DNA of 64,000 nucleotides from a phage. Each line of letters starts with the position of its first letter. Position 1 is the stretch's first letter. A program made the position numbers and the translations under genes. Positions 56,801-64,000 of this stretch are shown here, piece after piece. Where the stretch lies: sequence record OZ335959.1. One strand, given 5' to 3'. The notes beneath the pieces are model-generated. The model was not told the DNA's origin. It worked only from the letters and a program-made list of their open reading frames with translations, and did no database searches.

Positions 56801-57705
56801 TTAGTGATGAAACGTCTAGTCATTTTTATTCTCAGCGCAATAAAGCTGGAAATATAACATTTAATATCAACGGTACAGTAACTCCGATAAATGTTAATGC
56901 TTCAGGAACATTGAATGCAAATGGTGTAGCAACATTTGGTAATTCAGTCACGGCAAGTGGTGAAATTATTTCTCGAAGCGCAAATGCTTTCCGTGCTATT
57001 AACGGAAATTACGGTTTTATTGTTCGCAATGACGGGTCAGTAACGAATTTTATGCTTACTGCATCGGGCGATCAGACTGGTGGATTTAATGGATTACGTC
57101 CATTAACTATTAATAATGCATCTGGTCAAGTAACGATTGGTGAAAGCTTAATCATCGCCAAAGGTGCTACTATAAATTCAGGTGGTTTGACTGTTAACTC
57201 GAGAATTCGTTCTCAGGGTACTAAAACATCTGATTTATATACCCGTGCTCCAACATCTGATACTGTAGGATTCTGGTCAATCGATATTAATGATTCAGCC
57301 ACTTATAACCAGTTCCCGGGTTATTTTGAAATGGTTGAAAAAACTAATGAAGTGACTGGACTTCCATACTTAGAACGTGGCGAAGAGGTTAAATCTCCTG
57401 GTACGTTAACTCAGTTTGGTAACACACTCGATTCGCTTTATCAAGATTGGATTACTTATCCAACGACCCCAGAAGCGCGCACCACTCGCTGGACACGCAC
57501 ATGGCAGAAAACAAAAAACTCTTGGTCGAGTTTTGTTCAGGTATTTGATGGAGGTAACCCTCCTCAGCCGTCTGATATCGGTGCTTTACCATCTGATAAT
57601 GCTATAATGGGGAATCTTACTATTCGTGATTTCTTACGAATTGGTAATGTTCGCATTATTCCTGACCCAGTGAATAAAACGGTTAAATTTGAATGGGTTG
57701 AATAA
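53836..57705 (+). CDS. 34: Long tail fibre proximal subunit, 1289 aa
   Basis: Length identical to T4 gp34; repeated TATETRRG fibre motifs; late promoter upstream. Confidence 0.95.
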   Translation: MAEIKRKFRAEDGLDAGGDKIINVALADRAVGTDGVNVDYLIQENTVQQYDPTRGYLKDFVIIYDNRFWAAIIDIPKPAGAFNSVRWRALRTDANWTTVSSGPYQLKSGESISVNTAAGNDITFTLPTSPIDGDTIVLQDIGGKPGVNQVLITAPVQSIVNFRGQQVRSVLMTHPKSQIVLIFSNRLWQMYVADYSREAVVVTPASLYQAQSNDFIVRRFTSAATINIKLPRFANHGDIINFVDLDKLNPLYHTIVTTYDETTSVQEVGTHSIEGRTSIDGFLMYDDNEKLWRLFDGDSKARLRVITTNSNIRPNEEVMVFGANNGTTQTIELQLPTDISIGDTVKISMNYMRKGQTVKIKAAGEDKIASSVQLLQFPKRSEYPPEAEWVTVQELVFNGETNYVPVLQLAYIEDSDGKYWVVQQNVPTVERVDSLNNSTRARLGVIALATQAQANVDLENSPQKELAITPETLANRTATETRRGIARIATTAQVNQDTTFSFADDIIITPKKLNERTATETRRGVAEIATQQETNTGTDDTTIITPKKLQARQGSESLSGIVTFVSTAGATPASSRELNGTNVYNKNTNNLVVSPKALDQYKATPTQQGAVILAVESEVIAGQSQEGWANAVVTPETLHKKTSTDGRIGLIEIATQSEVNTGTDYTRAVTPKTLNDRKATESLSGIAEIATQVEFDAGVDDTRISTPLKIKTRFNSTDRTSVVALSGLVESGTLWDHYTLNILEANETQRGTLRVATQVEAAAGTLDNVLITPKKLLGTKSTEAQEGVIKVSTQVETVAGTSANTAVSPKNLKWIVQSEPTWAATTLVRGFVKTSSGSITFVGNDTVGSTQSLELYEKNSYAVSPYELNRVLANYLPLKAKAADTNLLDGLDSSQFIRRDIAQTVNGSLTLTQQTNLSAPLVSSSTATFGGSVSANSTLTISNTGTATQLIFEKGPQSGTNPAQTMTVKVWGNQFSGESDTTRSTVFEVSDETSSHFYSQRNKAGNITFNINGTVTPINVNASGTLNANGVATFGNSVTASGEIISRSANAFRAINGNYGFIVRNDGSVTNFMLTASGDQTGGFNGLRPLTINNASGQVTIGESLIIAKGATINSGGLTVNSRIRSQGTKTSDLYTRAPTSDTVGFWSIDINDSATYNQFPGYFEMVEKTNEVTGLPYLERGEEVKSPGTLTQFGNTLDSLYQDWITYPTTPEARTTRWTRTWQKTKNSWSSFVQVFDGGNPPQPSDIGALPSDNAIMGNLTIRDFLRIGNVRIIPDPVNKTVKFEWVE

Positions 57706-57713
57706 GAGGTATT

Positions 57714-58829
57714 ATGGAAAAATTTATGGCAGAGTTTGGACAAGGATATGTCCAAACGCCATTTTTATCGGAAAGTAATTCAGTAAGATATAAAATAAGT
57801 ATAGCGGGTTCTTGCCCGCTTTCTACTGCAGGACCATACGTCAAATTTCAGGATAATCTTGTTGGAAGCCAAACATTTAGTGCAGGTCTTCATTTAAGAG
57901 TTTTTGACCCTTCTACCGGAGCATTAGTTGATAGTAAGTCATATGCTTTTTCGACTTCAAATGATACTACATCAGCTGCTTTTGTTAGTTTCATGAATTC
58001 TTTTTCAAACAACAGACTTGTTGCTATATTAACTAGCGGAAAGGTTAATTTTCCTCCTGAAGTAGTATCTTGGTTAAGAGCAGCAGGAACGTCTGCTTTT
58101 CCATCTGATTCTTTATTGTCAAGATTTGACGTATCATATGCTGCTTTTTATACTTCTTCTAAAAGAGCTATTGCATTAGAACACGTTAAACTAAGTAATA
58201 GAAAAAGCACAGATGACTATCAAACTATTTTAGATGTTGTATTTGACAGTTTAGAAGACGTTGGAGCTACAGGATTTCCTAAAAGAACATACGAAAGCGT
58301 TGAGCAATTTATGTCAGCTGTTGGTGGAACTAATAACGAAATTGCACGTTTACCAACTTCATCCGCGATAAGTAAACTCTCTGATTATAATTTAATTCCT
58401 GGCGATGTTCTTTATCTTAAAGCACAGTTATATGCTGACGCAGATTTACTTGCGCTTGGAACTACAAATGTATCAATCCGTTTTTATGATGAATCGAATG
58501 GATATATTTCTTCAACACATGCCGAGTTTACTGGACAAGCTGGGTCATGGGAATTAAAGGAAGATTATGTAGTTATTCCAGAAAATGCAGTAGGATTTAC
58601 GATATATGCACAAAGAACTGCACAAGCAGGTCAAGGTGGCATGAGAAATTTGAGCTTTTCCGAAGTATCAAGAAATGGTGGAATTTCAAAACCCGCTGAA
58701 TTTGGCGTCAATGGTATTCGAGTTAATTATGTCTGTGAATCTGCTTCACCTCCGGATATAATGGTACTTCCTACACAAGCATCGTCTAAAACTGGTAAAG
58801 TGTTTGGACAAGAATTTAGAGAAGTTTAA
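57714..58829 (+). CDS. 35: Long tail fibre hinge connector, 371 aa
   Basis: Synteny and size. Confidence 0.9.
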   Translation: MEKFMAEFGQGYVQTPFLSESNSVRYKISIAGSCPLSTAGPYVKFQDNLVGSQTFSAGLHLRVFDPSTGALVDSKSYAFSTSNDTTSAAFVSFMNSFSNNRLVAILTSGKVNFPPEVVSWLRAAGTSAFPSDSLLSRFDVSYAAFYTSSKRAIALEHVKLSNRKSTDDYQTILDVVFDSLEDVGATGFPKRTYESVEQFMSAVGGTNNEIARLPTSSAISKLSDYNLIPGDVLYLKAQLYADADLLALGTTNVSIRFYDESNGYISSTHAEFTGQAGSWELKEDYVVIPENAVGFTIYAQRTAQAGQGGMRNLSFSEVSRNGGISKPAEFGVNGIRVNYVCESASPPDIMVLPTQASSKTGKVFGQEFREV

Positions 58830-58834
58830 ATTGA

Positions 58835-58860
58835 GGGAGCCTTCGGGTTCCCTTTTTCTT
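58835..58860 (+). terminator. Terminator after gene 35
   Basis: GGGAGCC-UUCG-GGUUCCC followed by TTTTTCTTT. Confidence 0.6.
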
Positions 58861-58868
58861 TATAAATA
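58861..58868 (+). promoter_or_regulatory. T4-type late promoter upstream of gene 36
   Basis: Exact TATAAATA. Confidence 0.55.
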
Positions 58869-58891
58869 CTATTAAAATAAAGGGGCATACA

Positions 58892-59548
58892 ATGGCTGAT
58901 TTAAAAGTAGGTTCAACAACTGGAGGCTCTGTCATTTGGCATCAAGGAAATTTTCCATTGAATCCAGCCGGTGACGATGTACTCTATAAATCATTTAAAA
59001 TATATTCAGAATACAATAAACCACAAGCTGCTGATAACGATTTCGTTTCTAAAGCTAATGGTGGTACGTATTTAAATAAAGTAATTTTTAATAAAGGAAT
59101 GACTGTTCCTGGTGCAGGGTCAGGTGACAACGGTATTTTTGCTGGTCCTGGTGATAATGCCACGTATGATACTACAAATATGGATATTGTTTCGTGGTAT
59201 GGTATTGGTTTTAAATCATCACAAGGAACAGCAGGTAGAACTGTAGTAATTAACACACGAAATGGAGATATTAGCTCAAAGGGTGTAATTGAAGCATCAC
59301 AAATGCGCGCAACTTCATTATCTCCAGTAAATAATTATGACCTTACGCGGAAAGATTATGTCGATGGTGCAATAAATATTGTTACAGCAAACGCAAACTC
59401 TAGGGTATTACGCTCTGGAGACACTATGACAGGTAACTTAACCGCGCCAAACCTTTTTTCACAGAATCCTGCATCTCAACCTTCGCATGTTCCACGATTT
59501 GATCAAATTGTTATTAAGGATTCTGTTCAAGATTTCGGCTATTATTAA
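58892..59548 (+). CDS. 36: Long tail fibre distal subunit (small), 218 aa
   Basis: Synteny and size; TATAAATA upstream. Confidence 0.9.
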   Translation: MADLKVGSTTGGSVIWHQGNFPLNPAGDDVLYKSFKIYSEYNKPQAADNDFVSKANGGTYLNKVIFNKGMTVPGAGSGDNGIFAGPGDNATYDTTNMDIVSWYGIGFKSSQGTAGRTVVINTRNGDISSKGVIEASQMRATSLSPVNNYDLTRKDYVDGAINIVTANANSRVLRSGDTMTGNLTAPNLFSQNPASQPSHVPRFDQIVIKDSVQDFGYY

Positions 59549-59556
59549 GAGGACTT

Positions 59557-63679
<4,123 letters not shown>

Positions 63680-63709
63680 TTTGAATAAATATCCTTAAAA
63701 GGAGGGTCT

Positions 63710-64000
63710 ATGGCAGCACCTAGAATATCATTTTCGCCCTCTGATATTCTGTTGGGTGTTCTAGATCGCTTGTTCAAAGATAACGCTACCGGGAAGGTTC
63801 TTGCTTCCAGAGTAGCTGTCGTAATTCTTTTATTTATGATGGCGATTGTTTGGTATAGGGGAGATAGTTTCTTTGAGTACTATAAGCAATCAAAGTATGA
63901 AACATACAGTGAAATTATTGAAAAGGAAAGAAATGCACGCTTTGAATCTGTCGCCCTGGAACAACTCCAGATAGTTCATATATCATCTGAGGCAGACTTT
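63710..64000 (+). CDS. t: Holin t, 5' partial (runs off the window end)
   Basis: Translation MAAPRISFSPSDILLGVLDRLFKDNATGKVLASRVAVVILLF matches T4 holin T; AAGGAGGG RBS. Confidence 0.85.
   Translation, partial: MAAPRISFSPSDILLGVLDRLFKDNATGKVLASRVAVVILLFMMAIVWYRGDSFFEYYKQSKYETYSEIIEKERNARFESVALEQLQIVHISSEADF

Noticed and set aside
63681-63709. Possible late promoter before holin t (AATAAATA)
   Set aside because: One mismatch to TATAAATA in the first position; too weak to call without transcript data.

Overview
The window is a contiguous segment of a T4-like (T-even, Tevenvirinae) myovirus genome, tightly packed with genes on both strands. It begins exactly at the start codon of the large terminase gene (17) and runs through the virion structural block (18, 19, 20, 67, 68, 21, 22, 23, 24), then rnlB, hoc, inh, uvsW, uvsY, the baseplate hub genes (25, 26, 51, 27, 28, 29, 48, 54), two alt-type ADP-ribosyltransferase genes, DNA ligase (30), a long minus-strand run of early genes (30.x, rIII, 31, cd, pseT, spanins, alc, rnlA, denA, nrdB, nrdA, td, frd, 32, 59, 33, dsbA, rnh), the long tail fibre genes 34-37, a T2-type gp38 adhesin, and the 5' end of holin t. 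Gene names are assigned from recalled T4 protein sequences, lengths and synteny; no database search was possible. Several ORF-track starts are TTG/GTG extensions and were trimmed to the ATG or GTG that has a ribosome-binding site. No tRNA, CRISPR, integrase or transposase was found. The points that stand out against the T4 reference (as I recall it) are: an HNH endonuclease-like gene inserted between 18 and 19; a Hoc that is 96 aa longer through an in-frame tandem domain duplication; two tandem alt paralogs; a NADAR-like gene beside a HAD-like gene; uninterrupted td and nrdB with no endonuclease gene at the nrdA/nrdB or inh/uvsW junctions; a small ORF wedged between frd and td; and a family of early promoters whose -10 is bracketed by inverted repeats. 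I did not find a clearly undescribed multi-gene system; the most likely places for uncharacterised function are the small early ORFs and the ADP-ribosylation-related genes.
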